From: Trichoplax adhaerens
Lineage: Eukaryota; Animalia; Placozoa
Assembly: GCF_000150275.1 (NCBI RefSeq)
Contig: NW_002060948.1
Span: 124,001-188,000 of the forward strand
DNA length: 64,000 nucleotides
Direction: 5' to 3'
The position numbers were made by a program, and so were the translations under genes. Positions within the stretch are counted from its first letter, which is position 1. Each line of letters begins with the position of its first letter. Shown here one piece after another: positions 41,200 through 54,920 of the stretch. The notes under the pieces were generated by a model. That model saw nothing but the letters and a program-made list of their open reading frames with translations, was not told the DNA's origin and made no database searches.

Positions 41200-42311
41200 T
41201 TTCCACTTGACACGTACAGTAGGTCAATCTGCGGTACATCAAGATACAATACTGTACTGTATAGGATTGCAAGTTCAGCGATGTGTCTATCAATCAATGT
41301 ACTGTATTCTGTACCTTGTACAGCGTGACGTCGAGATCGTCATTAATGGATTGATGAATTGATTATTCGTTTAATTTGATCTCTAAAAATACCAAGAGAT
41401 TTATACAGTAGTCACTTTGTTAGTGGAGAAGATGAGGACAGAACTGCAGCCGCCGGTGTCTGTCTGTCAGTGTCCGACAGTGTCAGTACTGCATTCATTT
41501 GGCTGCTGTTTCGTGCATGCCCAGTATGCCCTACTCTATTTGCGTCCAGTATTGACGCGACGAGGTCCAATAATGAGTGTTTTGGCGCACGTGCGTGTAC
41601 CTTACTGTACACTGTTCTCATCATGTCCTCTTTTTAGGTATGGAGGTGTTGAAAAGTCCCTGCCACGGTGTACTCTACCAGTCTGCTCTCCAGTCCAGTA
41701 CTATACACTGTATCGTACCGTGCTACATACTGTAGCCAGAAACTACACTACCTATTGTACTGTACGCCAATGGGTGTGGACAAACTTCTGTGTGGGTTCC
41801 TAATCAGTGCTACCCACATTCACTATGGTAGTACCAAAAATGTACTCACGACCCAGTCTAAGTGTACTGATTTCATTTACGGTACACTAGAGTATACTGA
41901 GTGTACAGTGTACAGTGCACAGTGTACAGTACTGTAGGCCCTCCATGGTACTGTGCTGTGCTGTACAGTGTACAGTGTACAGTATGTGCTGTACAGTGGA
42001 CTCCTCCAGTAGAAATACTGTAGACAGTACAGTACAGCGCTCTATTTGTTGACGTGTCCAGTTCTACTGATGATACCATGTACCATACATGATGTCATAA
42101 AGTGGTCTGAAGCCCTATGAAACAGACACAATACGCTTGAGTACTCTACTGTATTACGCATGACTGAATGGATGATGAACTACTGTATACCATGCAGTAC
42201 TCAACTATCCATACACGACACACTGTTGCATCAGCACGATAGCGTACTAGACGCTTTCGACTCGATCAATTCATTCTACAAATCGTGCCCACTGACTTAC
42301 CCAAGCTCAAA
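41200..42311. promoter_or_regulatory. Putative bidirectional promoter for GALNT copy A (-) and SLC39A9 (+); GTACAG-rich island
   Basis: Lies between divergent start codons (40325 and 42312). Contains 7-bp TGTACAG tandem runs at 41900-42035, CRE-like TGACGTCG at 41326, palindrome CGCACGTGCG at 41586-41595, and YY1-like AAAATGGCGG overlapping the ZIP9 ATG. Confidence 0.7.
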
Positions 42312-45300
42312 ATGGCGGATATAACGGCAGTATTATTTTTATCCTTGGCAATGTTCGTAGGTTGCTATTTGGCAGGCCTTATTCCTCTGTCAATGAATCT
42401 ATCTGAGGTAGGTTATTCTATGTAGAAAGATACATTGAACCAATAACATTCAATGCAACAGTCAACAAGCTTTACCCAATGAAGACTAACTTCAGCAGAA
42501 ATTTTCAATCATGGCCAACTTAATGTACTGCAGAGTCAATCGATCCAAGCAATTTTCCACAAAAGACCACCGCACTTGCTCTATATTAGGATATTGGCTA
42601 TTTCTTGAATCGTCAATTATTCAATTTCTATCCTGTAAATGATACTTTGCCTCTTTGAACAGAGAATCAACTTTTTTTGTCTCATTCCTTCAATACTGTA
42701 CAGTGTACACTGTATAGTATAGCTAACGTAATGATAGCAATGCTTTCCACCATGGGATTCATTTCATGACAAGGAACAGATTGAGAGTGAGCAGACAGTA
42801 GAGTCGATAGCCATTTATTCTAGACTTAGACCAATGTAGTTAATGGAGGAATAATTGCATACTTTACCTCTTATTTTATAATATCCCACGGTATCAATGC
42901 TCACTTACTATTGAATCGTAAGTGAATTTATTGAGCCCAATAAATTTTAATAATTTGAAATCATTCCCATCAAGTTGACATCTACCGTAGTAAGCAATGG
43001 CTGAATACAATATTTAAACTCAAGGCAGATCAAATCAAGAAAGGATTTACCGCTATTGGAAGGACTCCACGGTATCTTTTCCAAAGTGGTCATGCAAATT
43101 ACTTTAATGTCTTTCATTCATCTACTGTACTCTACGAATATATATAAAAATACGATATTTGCACTCAACTATACTAAATTGAAATGCCAAACTATCAAAT
43201 TTAAAAGATTGATTATCGTAATTACAGAATGAATTGTACCAGCAATTAGAAATGAATTCTGCTAACGATCAGGACACTGCTACCATTTAAAATGAAAAAT
43301 AATAGTAATCATAATAATAATAAATAAATAATTACAGTAATAATGAATGGGAGGTACTTGGACGAGATTTTACGATGAAACAGCGTATATGTACAGCACT
43401 GTAGCAAATAGCTTATAATTCTTTCAATGCATTTTTGCTCACAGCATAGCTAAATCGTACTCCTAAATACCAACTTATCAATATCACAAATGAATATACG
43501 GTACTACTGTAGAATACGGTATATAGAAAGCTTGTTAATGGTCTGTAGTTGAGATCGATGTACAGTAGTAACTAAAGTTGACTTTCGGTTAAGTTTTGAC
43601 ACACTAATAAATTTATTGTAAATTGCAGAAATCACTGAAAATTACGTCATGCTTGGGTGCTGGGATGCTCGTGGGCACAGCTTTGGCAGTTATCATACCA
43701 GAAGGTATTGAGGCCATCTATTCCATCAATCAAAGACCTTGCCCTATTCCACGTCAGCTAGTAAAAGGTACACAGATACAGAACATTACCTACTCATCTT
43801 CTACTGGTGCAGCTACCATGGCAAAACATTCACATAGTCATGGGAATGACGTGCATTCTTTAGTTGGTATTGCGTTATGTTTCGGCTTTGTTGTAATGTT
43901 ACTTGTTGATTACTTAAGTGGTTTGGCTTTTCATAACCAAGGTAATGCGTATGGCGCCTTATGAAATGATATAGGAATATTGTAATTTTTCGCTTATCCT
44001 ACCATTCTGTACGAAGTTGCTCAATCAATTTATCATAAATAGAGTATTCAACATAGTTAAAGGTAACTTGCCTGTTGTAATCGCAATTATTATACTAAAG
44101 ATACTATCTCTTAAAGTCTACTGTATGTCTCGTTATTTCGTAGCATGCTTTCGTGGATTATCATTATTATTCATCGCTAGTGATAATAATGTTTGCGGTA
44201 CTTTTAATGCTTGCATTAGTAGTAATTACTGGATTGACCAATATAAATGGAGTATCGCTGAAATTGGAGGTTGATGACTTAGAGAATTACTTATTGATAC
44301 AATAAAACTTAATTCGAGTAGTACAGTTACGTATGGGGCATTGACCTGGCCCAATGATGTAATATAGTCTTATAATATGAGTGACTTGTAAATAATTTCA
44401 AACAATGACGTAAAACTGGAAAAAAGTTCCCTTTACAATATTTCACGTCAATATACTGTGCTGTTGTTATAATACGTTGATATTATAATGTAATACGATA
44501 TTATATGTTTGGTATTGTATTTTATAGACATACTAATAATAGAATATATATATTACTCTGCCAGTCAGAAGTGTACACATAAACCTTTTATACACGGATA
44601 ACACATTAAATCACTCTTTTTACAGTAAACCGTTGAGATATTCCATGGTTTCGTGTTATGTAATTAGCTGAAGAAGTACTGTTGTGTCGTCTATGTATTG
44701 TAACGCGTACCATATTCATTTGTAAATATATAATACTGTTACTACAAGTTATACCTAGGTATTAAGACACCATTTTCAGATATAAAGATATCCAACTAAT
44801 TATTCTTCCATTGATATTGTAGATCCAGAAGGTGGAAATAGAGTTGGAAGGGCTGGAATAACCGCCACAATTGGTTTAATTGTCCATGCTGCTGGTAACT
44901 AGTGTCTTTTGTTTCGCGATACCACGTCAGAATACTGTTGGTATTCTGACATACTCATTCCACATCTTTATTCAATATTACACTAGCTGATGGTGTAGCT
45001 CTAGGTGCTGCAGCAGCAACGTCTAGATCTGATGTCGAGACCATCGTTTTTATCGCTATTATGTTACACAAGGTCAAGTTACAAGAGAAAATGCATAACT
45101 ACCCCTTCTTAAAAATTATATCAGTCCAAAGCTTACCTTAATTTGTCGCAACGTATAGTAGAAACTAACGTTAAAATTTCCGTTATATCTAATGCAGGCA
45201 CCTGCTGCTTTTGGTTTGTGCTCATTTCTATTGCATGAAGTATGTATTGTGTGCTGGTATATTTCGAAATTTTTTTCGCACATTATGGTGATCTGCAATT

Positions 45301-45909
45301 GTTGTAGTGTCGTTTCAATTGTTTCTGAAAGGGTAGCATAGTTCAAAACTTTTTCTATTGACAAATGAATCACTAAACTATATATATGTATTATATTGTT
45401 TAACAGGGTTGCAATCGTTACAGTATCAGAAAGCAATTATTAGCATTTTCACTAGCCGCTCCCGTAATGGCAATCGCGACATTTTATATCCTTACCAAGG
45501 TGATATGAATTTATCATGCACAGATTTAAAAGTCATGTAACAACTATTTATTACGTACTAGACCGGCCAAAGTTCTTCCACAATGGAAGGAACTGGACTT
45601 GCAATGCTCTTTTCGGCTGGGACGTTCTTATACGTAGCTACTGTTCACGTCTTACCAGAAGTATCTTCTCAAAAGGAAACAGAGGTATTCTACCAATTAA
45701 TGTAGCAAAAATTATGATGATTATAGAAAGTACTTTTCTTTGGTTATATATTTAAGAGATTTACTGTATAATATTAATGTATATGATAGGATAATTCGAA
45801 CAATTCTAACCATGGTCCGCATATGAGTAAGCTATCAAAACTGGAAATAACTGTAATGGTCTTAGGAACTTTCCTTCCAATACTCTTATCCTTAAATCAT
45901 CATCACTAA
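42312..45909 (+). CDS. SLC39A9: Zinc transporter ZIP9
   Basis: Eight exons, from 42312-42407 and 43629-43941 through 45790-45909. Peptides: [35 protein letters not shown], His-rich loop [52 protein letters not shown]-terminal HHH. All are ZIP9 signatures. Confidence 0.96.
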
Positions 45910-47728
45910 AAAGGTAATGGAAGCAAACGTACATGTATTGCATGGGTTATAATTTTATATACAGTAAAATGAAGTACATAACTAGAGCTTGATTTTTATA
46001 GATACAAGAGCCCTTCAAATAATGAAGCAAGATGATATCCATCAATTAAAGCTTAACATTGCAATCTCTCAAAGGTGTTATATTCATTAAGAAATTTTTT
46101 AATTGTTATGACAGATGCAACCCAGTTCAAATCTTTATTCTAAACTTTCTCCAAGCTCTTACATGGAAAGATTTTTATTTTACTATCAAATCTGATGACA
46201 ATTTTAGTGTTTAAATTGTAATGTGAATTTTTATATCTTTATGAGGATAAAAATTGTACCTAAATGATGATAAGTGGTTGATGTATTATAAAAGTGAAGG
46301 GGTACAATGCTTAGCATGTGGTTGAATCGTGTTAATATTGATCTTATTTAGAATAGCATGTATGATCCTGAGTTATATTCTAGGTAAAATTTTTACTTTG
46401 TAATATAACATGAAGATTCCTATTACTGTATTTACATAATAATGTTATATTTTATCTAGTTAACTGTTTCTAATGATAAGCAGCTATATTTCAACTATAT
46501 TGCTTCCGATCTTCCTTTATACTGTTTATATACGATTGGGTACTGCAGTAAGTAATCAATTACTGTATGTGAATACCGTTATAGTCATTTCGTTTATACG
46601 GAAATGCTATTATAAAATTTCGCTATATTATTATAATCAGCATATCACGCCAGAAATCATACAATGTCATAAACGAGGCATCTACTCATAATACTGTATT
46701 TGGACTATGCATAACAATAAATAGACTTAATTTTATTTTTGGAATGTCTTAAAAAGTATAAGCTATTTCTAGTCTCATTGTCATAATGGGGTTCACAATT
46801 TAAGGAAATTTGGGTAGCAACGGAAATTTAATGATACATGCTATTAGGCTATAGCGCTAGTGAAGTATCTTCAGTTGCTATTGCCCACTACTGTCAGTTA
46901 GTCAGTTTGTCGAATATTTCTACGAATTACTACATTAACTGATAGTGATAAGGCAATAGTAGGAATACAGTACCTAAGTATTAATAGGTGTGAATAAAGA
47001 ATGTTAAATAATTTAATAATTTAACAATGCACGGTTAAATAGTTACAAATCTACCCCTAATCTAAGCCATATTGGGCATACCTGCGCCATAATGTACATG
47101 TAATAGCTACAAAGTGTACAGTTGTATCGCACACTATGACAATATGCTGCTTTAGGTCAGATAATGTAGAATGAATATCGCTTGGTTGTGAAACTCTATC
47201 TATTATTTTCCCGCATTTTAACATGTGCAAGGCTAACTATTTATCTTTTTCAAGGAACATATGGTTCAGTATGGAGTACTTAAAATGATGAATTAATTAG
47301 ATTTAGAATCAAACACTTCTACAGTGTTATACTGACATTTTTACATTGAATATGCTAATATTATGAAATTAGATAATTAATTAAAATTTTACTTGGTCAT
47401 TTATTACTAGTTCGTTGTTATATGTACATGCAATTAATTAAAATCAATGAGGATGTCTATTCTCGACACAATATGAGATTTGATAGAAATGCGTTTATAA
47501 ATATAGTTATATTCTATTGCCAGTGCGTGATACAAAACGTCCCAGCTCCATTCCTATAAATAAAGACTATACAGCGATTTACAGAGAAGATCTTCATCAG
47601 CAGTAATATTCTTAATCAGTTATAAAAGCTAGCAAGTTATATTTTATATATTTATGATCCATTGGGATGCCACGGAGTTTTAATGGCGTACAGGCTGATA
47701 ATTATAATTTAACCGAAGTGAAATCATA

Positions 47729-50700
47729 ATGTTGTTGTGGACAAACGTAACGCGTTTAGCAAGGATGGCTAAGATTATGGTGTATTTAGTAGCGATAATA
47801 ATATTATCATTGATCTATAATTTTATTATTTATGATAAAATTAACACAGAAGTAAGTATAGGCCTCTTTAATAATTAATTTATTCGTTCATTTCTCGAAA
47901 TTGAATACGGAGTATCGATATTCATCCATTCATATACATCATATTAGTTTATACATACAGTAAATTACTGCATTATGAGTCCTTGATATTAGATTTTACA
48001 AGTCTGTTCGTAGTTTCGGGTAGATTTTTGGAAAAGTTACGTGCAAACTTTACTTATAGCAAAATGTAATCAAACATTAAATCTCATAGCAAGTAATGTA
48101 CTGTAGTTTTTGCCGGATCCTGATTGTTACTGCATAAAAAACACACAAGCTTAGCACACCGTAAATCATATTAAAATCAATGACCTTAGATATCAAACTC
48201 TTTCATGTCATTTTTAATATAGCCTCGGGAATCAATTTATTCACATGGAGCTAATCAAACGTTTAATGTTGAGAAATACATTTTTAAATCAAGAGGATCT
48301 AAGGATGAAGGCTATGAAAAACATCAATTTAATCAATTTGAGAGCGACATAATTGGAGCCTATCGACGTGTACCAGATACTAGGAATCCTCTGTGAGTGT
48401 TTAAATAAATATTATTGTAAAGTCTTTAATTTTGTAGCACTCAACAGCATCTCAGATACGACATTTTAAAAAAAGTAGCGTGATCAATAAGATCATTGAA
48501 ATCCTTTCCGTTATAACAAGTTAATGCATTGGAAAGCCAAGTCAGTAGTAAGAATTTCAGTTAATTATTTATATTAAACCGATATAATCTCTACTGCAAT
48601 AGCTGCAAGAATAAAATATACCGGCTTAACATGCCATCAGTAAGTGTTGTGATTATTTTTCATAACGAAGCCAGATCAACATTACTAAGGACTGTTCAAA
48701 GGTTACAACTATAATCATTATTATAATCATTTTTTGGGCGATACCTTGACATAATTAATAAATATAACTACTACGGAAGTATCTATAAATACCGTGGACA
48801 TTTGGTTAGAAAAATTATAGTCTGACTACAACTTTCTTGTGTATAGCTATAGTATTTCATAGTGGTAAATGATAATATAGCATTTACAGCCAATTTGTGA
48901 AGTAGATTCTATTTTAATTGGTTATGCAAGAAGTTAAATCACTCAAAATTCCCCATCCTATATTAAATTAGTGTTCTAGATCGAACTCCTCCTCATTTGC
49001 TGTCGGAAATTGTGCTAGTAGATGATAATAGCGATGATGGTTAGTGATTTATCTAAACTAATCTGTTTGGATGTTGTTCAAAAGCCAACATAATAAATAA
49101 AATTCTCTATTTCAATAAATTAGCTACTCTAGGTCAAGAACTTCTCACCTTGCCAAAAGTCAAGCTTATCCGAAATAAAAAAAGAGAGGGTATGAGTTTA
49201 AAATCTAAAAGTAGTGCGTATACTTGTGATACATTAGCTATATCTAAATATTTGCCATAATTACTTTGGATAACATAGCTAAGTTTACATAATGTTTGAT
49301 AATATAATTAATCTCATATTTCAAATTCAAGATTGCGGTATTGCTATATTTACTGTTACCATTTATCACTTATCTTTAGAGTTCATTTGATATTACCTTG
49401 TTCTATAACAGCAGATTGTCATTATTCCATATTACCTTAAGGTTTATTGAATTTCATTACATTTACCGAATTGATGAAAATTTTCTCCCTCTATGCTAAT
49501 TATAATAAATACATCAGTCCTATACTAGTATATATTAATGTGAATTTCAACTAAGCTATGCATTTATTTAATACTAATTTACTTGATGATATATGATTCT
49601 ACCAACATTTCAAGGTATATTAGTAATCGCTCGCCTAAAATATACATAACAATTAGTTAGAGCTTAGTAGCATAATCGTATAAAGAATAAGAATACCGTA
49701 TAAAGCTATCTTATATTTCTAGCCTTTCAGGGAATTATGCTTTTAAAATGACTTCTACTAAGAAATGCAATTAATTTACTCTAATTTCTATCCTATTCCA
49801 ATTATCCTAAAAGATTCACATACATATTGTGCCATAACTTTTTTTAATTTTTGAGCTATAGTAGGATTATCATCTACTGTACATTCTGACAATAGTCATA
49901 CTAATCTAAACCATGAAATTTGTAACTAATTTATAAAGTAGATACTGTACTATTTATATGATCACAATAATAACTTTAGTTAAGTGTCTTCCGCAAATGA
50001 AACAAAATACTTTGCCTTAATGACGTAGAATATAACTGCAGCTGTATTAAACTTAGTTGTATCCTCGCAGGGCTGATAAGATCTCGAGTATTTGGTGTAA
50101 AAAGTAGCCAAGGCAAAGCAATTATATTCCTTGATAGTCACTGTGAAGTCAATCAGCAATGGGCAGAGCCGCTACTAGAACAGATTGTATTGGTAAGCAA
50201 TTGGAAACCGTGAACTAAACGGATTCTTTAACTTAAACAGAAAATTTATAGCTTCCACATTTAATGATTAGAATCCTAAAGCGATTGTTAGTCCTGTCTT
50301 GGATAATATTGATATGAATACGTTTGAATATCAAGAAGGCACTGAAGATGTTCGTGGAGGTTATACGTAATGTTGTTTTCCCTATATATCGCTAATAATT
50401 AGATTCAACTAGATAAATTGTAACTACTTCAAGAAATTGATATTAACAAGTTCAAATCAAAGTACGCCTGAACTGTTACTTTAGGGTTTGACTGGAGTTT
50501 AACATTTCGCTGGGACTACATGACAGAGGCTATGATAAATCAAAGAATAGATCCTACGTCACCAATTAAGTATAAAACAGCATACGATAGTCATTAATTC
50601 TGGTTCAGCAAGTAGATTAAGAAATAGCGCCATAAACTGGAGATTTTATTAACACAGGACGCCGACCATTGCTGGTGGTATCTATGCCGTTTCTAAGCAA

Positions 50701-53313
50701 TGGTTCAACGACTTAGGAGAATATGATATGGGACAAAAGATCTGGGGTGGAGAAAATTTAGGTCCATTTGCTACGCTAACAATCAATATTGCATATTGAA
50801 ACTATAGCTTCTGTGAATTGAAACTGTTTTCTACGAATGCTAACAGTGATTGAAATAATTTTATTTCTCCATAACATTAGAGTTGTCATTTCGGGCGTGG
50901 ATGTGCGGTGGATTTATGAAAATAATACCTTGTTCTAGAGTTGGACATGTCTTTCGGCTTCAGCACCCTTATATCTTTCCTGAAGGTGCGGGTAGAACAT
51001 ACTACAGGTATAATATTATAAATGTAGTTCTACTACTGAATTAGTTAATTCGTAAGATAACCCATTTCAACAACGTAAATATATTTCGGAGTGTCTTATA
51101 AGAGTGAAATTACTGATTTATATTTCAACTTGCTTAACATCTTAATAGAAATTTGCGACGTGTTGTTGAAGTTTGGTTAGATGAATATAAGGTTTATTTT
51201 TACCAAATACGAAAAATTATTAAGAGTATAGACTACGGAAAGTAAGTCGCTTACTGAATGGAAACACGTTTATGCTACAAATTTTGTTCACATACGGGGG
51301 CCTATTTTACACTGATTTTGCTTAATAACCTATAAAATATAGCGTTAAATCAAGGAAACAGCTACGAAAGAGGCTTCATTGCCAAACTTTTAAGTGGTAC
51401 TTAGACAATGTGTATCCTGAACTTCAGTAAGTAAAGAATTTATCTTGGTTATTATCATATTTTTACTGGTAATTGCATTACACTGATAAATTACTTCAAT
51501 GGATTCAGCTACGGAATATTAATCTTATAACCTCTATTTTAGTGTCCCAACTCCTTATAAAGCAGTATATGGTCATTTTAAGCAGGGAAGATTGTGCTTA
51601 GTAACAGGCATAGAGAGAACTATTGTAGCCCTTCTTCAAGTCAAGCCATGCAGTAACGTTACAAACACTCATGTTAGTATTTATTTTAGTTATGAAATAA
51701 TTTAATTACTATCGATTTTTCCCAACTGTGCTAGTATATCGCATTAATAACTAATGTATAAAATTTAAATTCTATGCAGCTTTTTAATATGACCGATCAC
51801 GGAAATTCAAAACTTGTAGAAAATTAGAAGTTTAATAGATCCTTATACAAAAAAGATAGATGCTTAGTTCTACTGTAGTCGAATATAACTAATAAGCACT
51901 TCCAGAAAGAACTACTGTGATAATCTAAGTTGCCAGCTAGTATACTTTTCGTAGCATTTGTAGCTATAATCACCATACAATATTGTACATTAATTTACGC
52001 ATACTCAGATTATTATTAGTAACAATTTCTTAAAGCCGAGTATTATTAATTCAATATGGAAACGACTACAGCATTTACGTAGAAATTATTTCTACTAGCA
52101 AGAGTATGATGAACTAAGTATCCTAATATATGGATTACAGTTCTATTTTTCACCTCTAACCTTAATAGTACTCGATACCTTACTGTATATAGTCATCTAT
52201 ACTCTACCATAGAATCTTCTTCAACAGCCTATGGTTATAACTACTAAATATGTCTTAAGATATAGAAAGTCATGCTAACGTACATCATACTAAGCATAGA
52301 TAATAGTCTATAATCTAATAATAAGATACTCTATGCCCTTTTATGGCATATTGCTGTTGAAAATCGTTATATTCACTAAAATTTACGAAATCACCTAGGA
52401 TATTTTTGATAGGAGAAGATAGCATAATTTTTCTTGAAATTCAAGTGTTGTAGCAAATTTTCTGTATGATTTTACATTTGGACATTGAAATTTATAAATA
52501 TTATCAATTTTAGTTTATAACTGATCTTATCCATACGTACAGTATGAAATTCCTACTATAGATATAAATTTGAAAGTTCATTTTGATACTTTGCTTTAAT
52601 TTCGATTCATGAGTTGCTTAGAGGATAGAATTAAGTCGTAATATTTATTATTCAAAGAAAACTTAATTTAATTTTTTAGACGCTAATAAATTTTACTAAA
52701 AAACTAAATACCATTATATGCGCTACATAACATTTGAATATTTTTCTGTTGTGGCTATTTTCAACATCTAGAAGTGGGCTATCGTTAGCGCAAAGCTTAT
52801 TCGTCTATATGACTTTTGCATAACATTAGACAATTATCGCGCAACAAAAGCACAAGCCGTTAATTTACAAAGTTGCCGTAATGATGATCCTCGCCAGGTT
52901 AATATACTGTATACTTATAATTTCATACTGATAGTATAAAGTAAACCTGATCTTTACGTCAGAACGAGAATTCAACATCATATTTTCATTATGACTGTTT
53001 CTATAACCTCAGAGTTCAGTTTATGTATTAATAGTGTAATTTGTTTAGAGCGCATGTGATGGTATTACCTAGTTTAAGATTAGGAAGCCAGATTTACACA
53101 TAAATGGAGTACTTTGATATTGATATGTATCCAGATATATAATAAACTTATATTTAACAGGAATGGGAATATTCTGATACTGGACACTTAAGACATCGAA
53201 TGACTGACATGTGTTTGGAAGGAAGAATGCAATCACATGAGCTGGAAACTTTGAAGACAGCACAATGTTCAGATACTACATCTCAACGTTGGCAATTTAT
53301 TAAATCTTTGTAG
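47729..53313 (+). CDS. Polypeptide N-acetylgalactosaminyltransferase, divergent paralogue (copy B)
   Basis: Exon 47729-47851 carries the TM anchor. Motifs: [95 protein letters not shown], three ricin-type subdomains. Last exon 53161-53313 (TAG). Intron positions match copy A. Confidence 0.92.
51794..52314 (+). mobile_element. ~520-bp interspersed element, copy 2 (intron of GALNT copy B)
   Basis: Same-orientation diverged copy of 11784-12315. No ORF, TIR or TSD recognised. Confidence 0.8.
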
Positions 53314-54450
53314 ATGTGATATAGTACCAAAGATTAGATAGAAAAATTATGATTTCATTGGAAAAAGCATAATTAGTGAAGATTCATAGTACCCTCACAG
53401 AAATGACGAAATTTTATATAAATTGAGCGGACACTATTAATATCGGGTTTCTTAAATGATAATTATAATTAGTGATAACATAGCAGCGTAATTTATTTTA
53501 ATCATTAAAAAGTATGTTTAATTTAAAATCTGTATAGAGTAATATTCGGACTAAAGATTGTTGATAACAACGACTAACGTATTTTTGGCAGTTAATTTTC
53601 ATGTAATCTGATAGGAACCCCAAAAAGTTACTCTTATATCAGATTCAAAAACGTGTAGATGATGTAAATTGAATACATTTTTAAGCAGCCCTAGCCTAAA
53701 GCAATGATTACCATTGCAAGAGCCATATTAATTATAACGATAGTTTGTATTCTGATAGTCATAAGCTTGAAATGAAGTTAATAAATACGTACGGTAATTG
53801 TGTCTCACTATTACTGATTTAGCGATCGAACCATCGAAAGTTTGATTTTAAGCAAATGTTTAATCATTTAAGCGACTCCATTTATTAGCGCTCTACTAAC
53901 ATATCTCATAACCAGCTTCTGAATTACCAACCGAATCTAGTGCCACTCAATAGCTGTAATAATAGTAGATTTATAGAATATTATTTACTCGAAAATAATA
54001 TTGAAATTTTCATCTTGTCACGTTAGAGAGTCTTGTACGTATATGATTTTCTACACCTTTCAAAGTTGAGGAATTTCTTCTGCTGCAGAGTAACGATAAT
54101 CATATCATTTGATATTTCTTTACTACTAGTCTAAATCATCGCATAATAATAACGGAAATAATTTTATACTTATTCAAATCATTTATCAGGTAGCAAATTA
54201 ATGATCTCAAATCAAAACACTTGCTACTTTAGTGGATAAATGTAGCCAATAAAATTATAAACAATAACCACTTTAATATTAATCTTCTGTATGAACTATA
54301 CTAGAGTATCATTGAAACATGGGTACTTTCGAGTATCGCCTGAATTTATCTTAAGCTTATCATACCTCAGTTTTATTGATCTAAGGGTTCCGTTTATTTA
54401 TTTATGAAAGCTTTATAAGCCTTCGAAAGTATTTGGCGATAAATCTCTTA

Positions 54451-54920
54451 CTTTGCTCGTTGAGTTGGGCAATCTGTAAGAAGCATGTTGTGAAGTCTAT
54501 GTGTGCATATTATATCTGTCACATTGCCCGGTGACTTGGGCAATCTATAGGATGCTCGGGTAATCTATGAGAACGTGTGGATATGATGCTTCTCTCTCAT
54601 ATTGCCCGGCTAGTTGGGCATTCTACAGGTTGACTGGGCTATGTATCTGATACAGGCCATGTATGCTAAACGGGCAATGTAGAAAATACAAAAGACGTCT
54701 AATGCCAAAACTACTCTAACCTATCCTGACTGAAACTAATAAACCGTGATATATCTGATACCATGGATATCTGCATCTTCTCTTACATTCGAAATGTTTT
54801 CGTACTTTGGCTTACTTTGCCCGTTAGTTCGGTCATCGTACAGATCGCCCTCGCCATCACGGTCAGCGTAGCGTATACGATATCTTAGTAACATAGCTAG
54901 ACCGTAACAGATTGCCCATC
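54451..54920. mobile_element. Foldback/MITE-like non-autonomous element
   Basis: TGGGCAATCTGT (54466-54477) is the reverse complement of ACAGATTGCCCA (54907-54918). An inner inverted pair lies at ~54666-54682 and ~54812-54827. The mini-palindrome TTGCCCG-N4-5-TTGGGCAAT recurs. GC content is higher than in the flanks. Confidence 0.6.

Noticed and set aside
40824-42079. Several overlapping ORFs up to 128 aa; also checked for ERH, which neighbours SLC39A9 in human
   Set aside because: The translations are low-complexity products of the motif island, and no ERH-like peptide was recognised.
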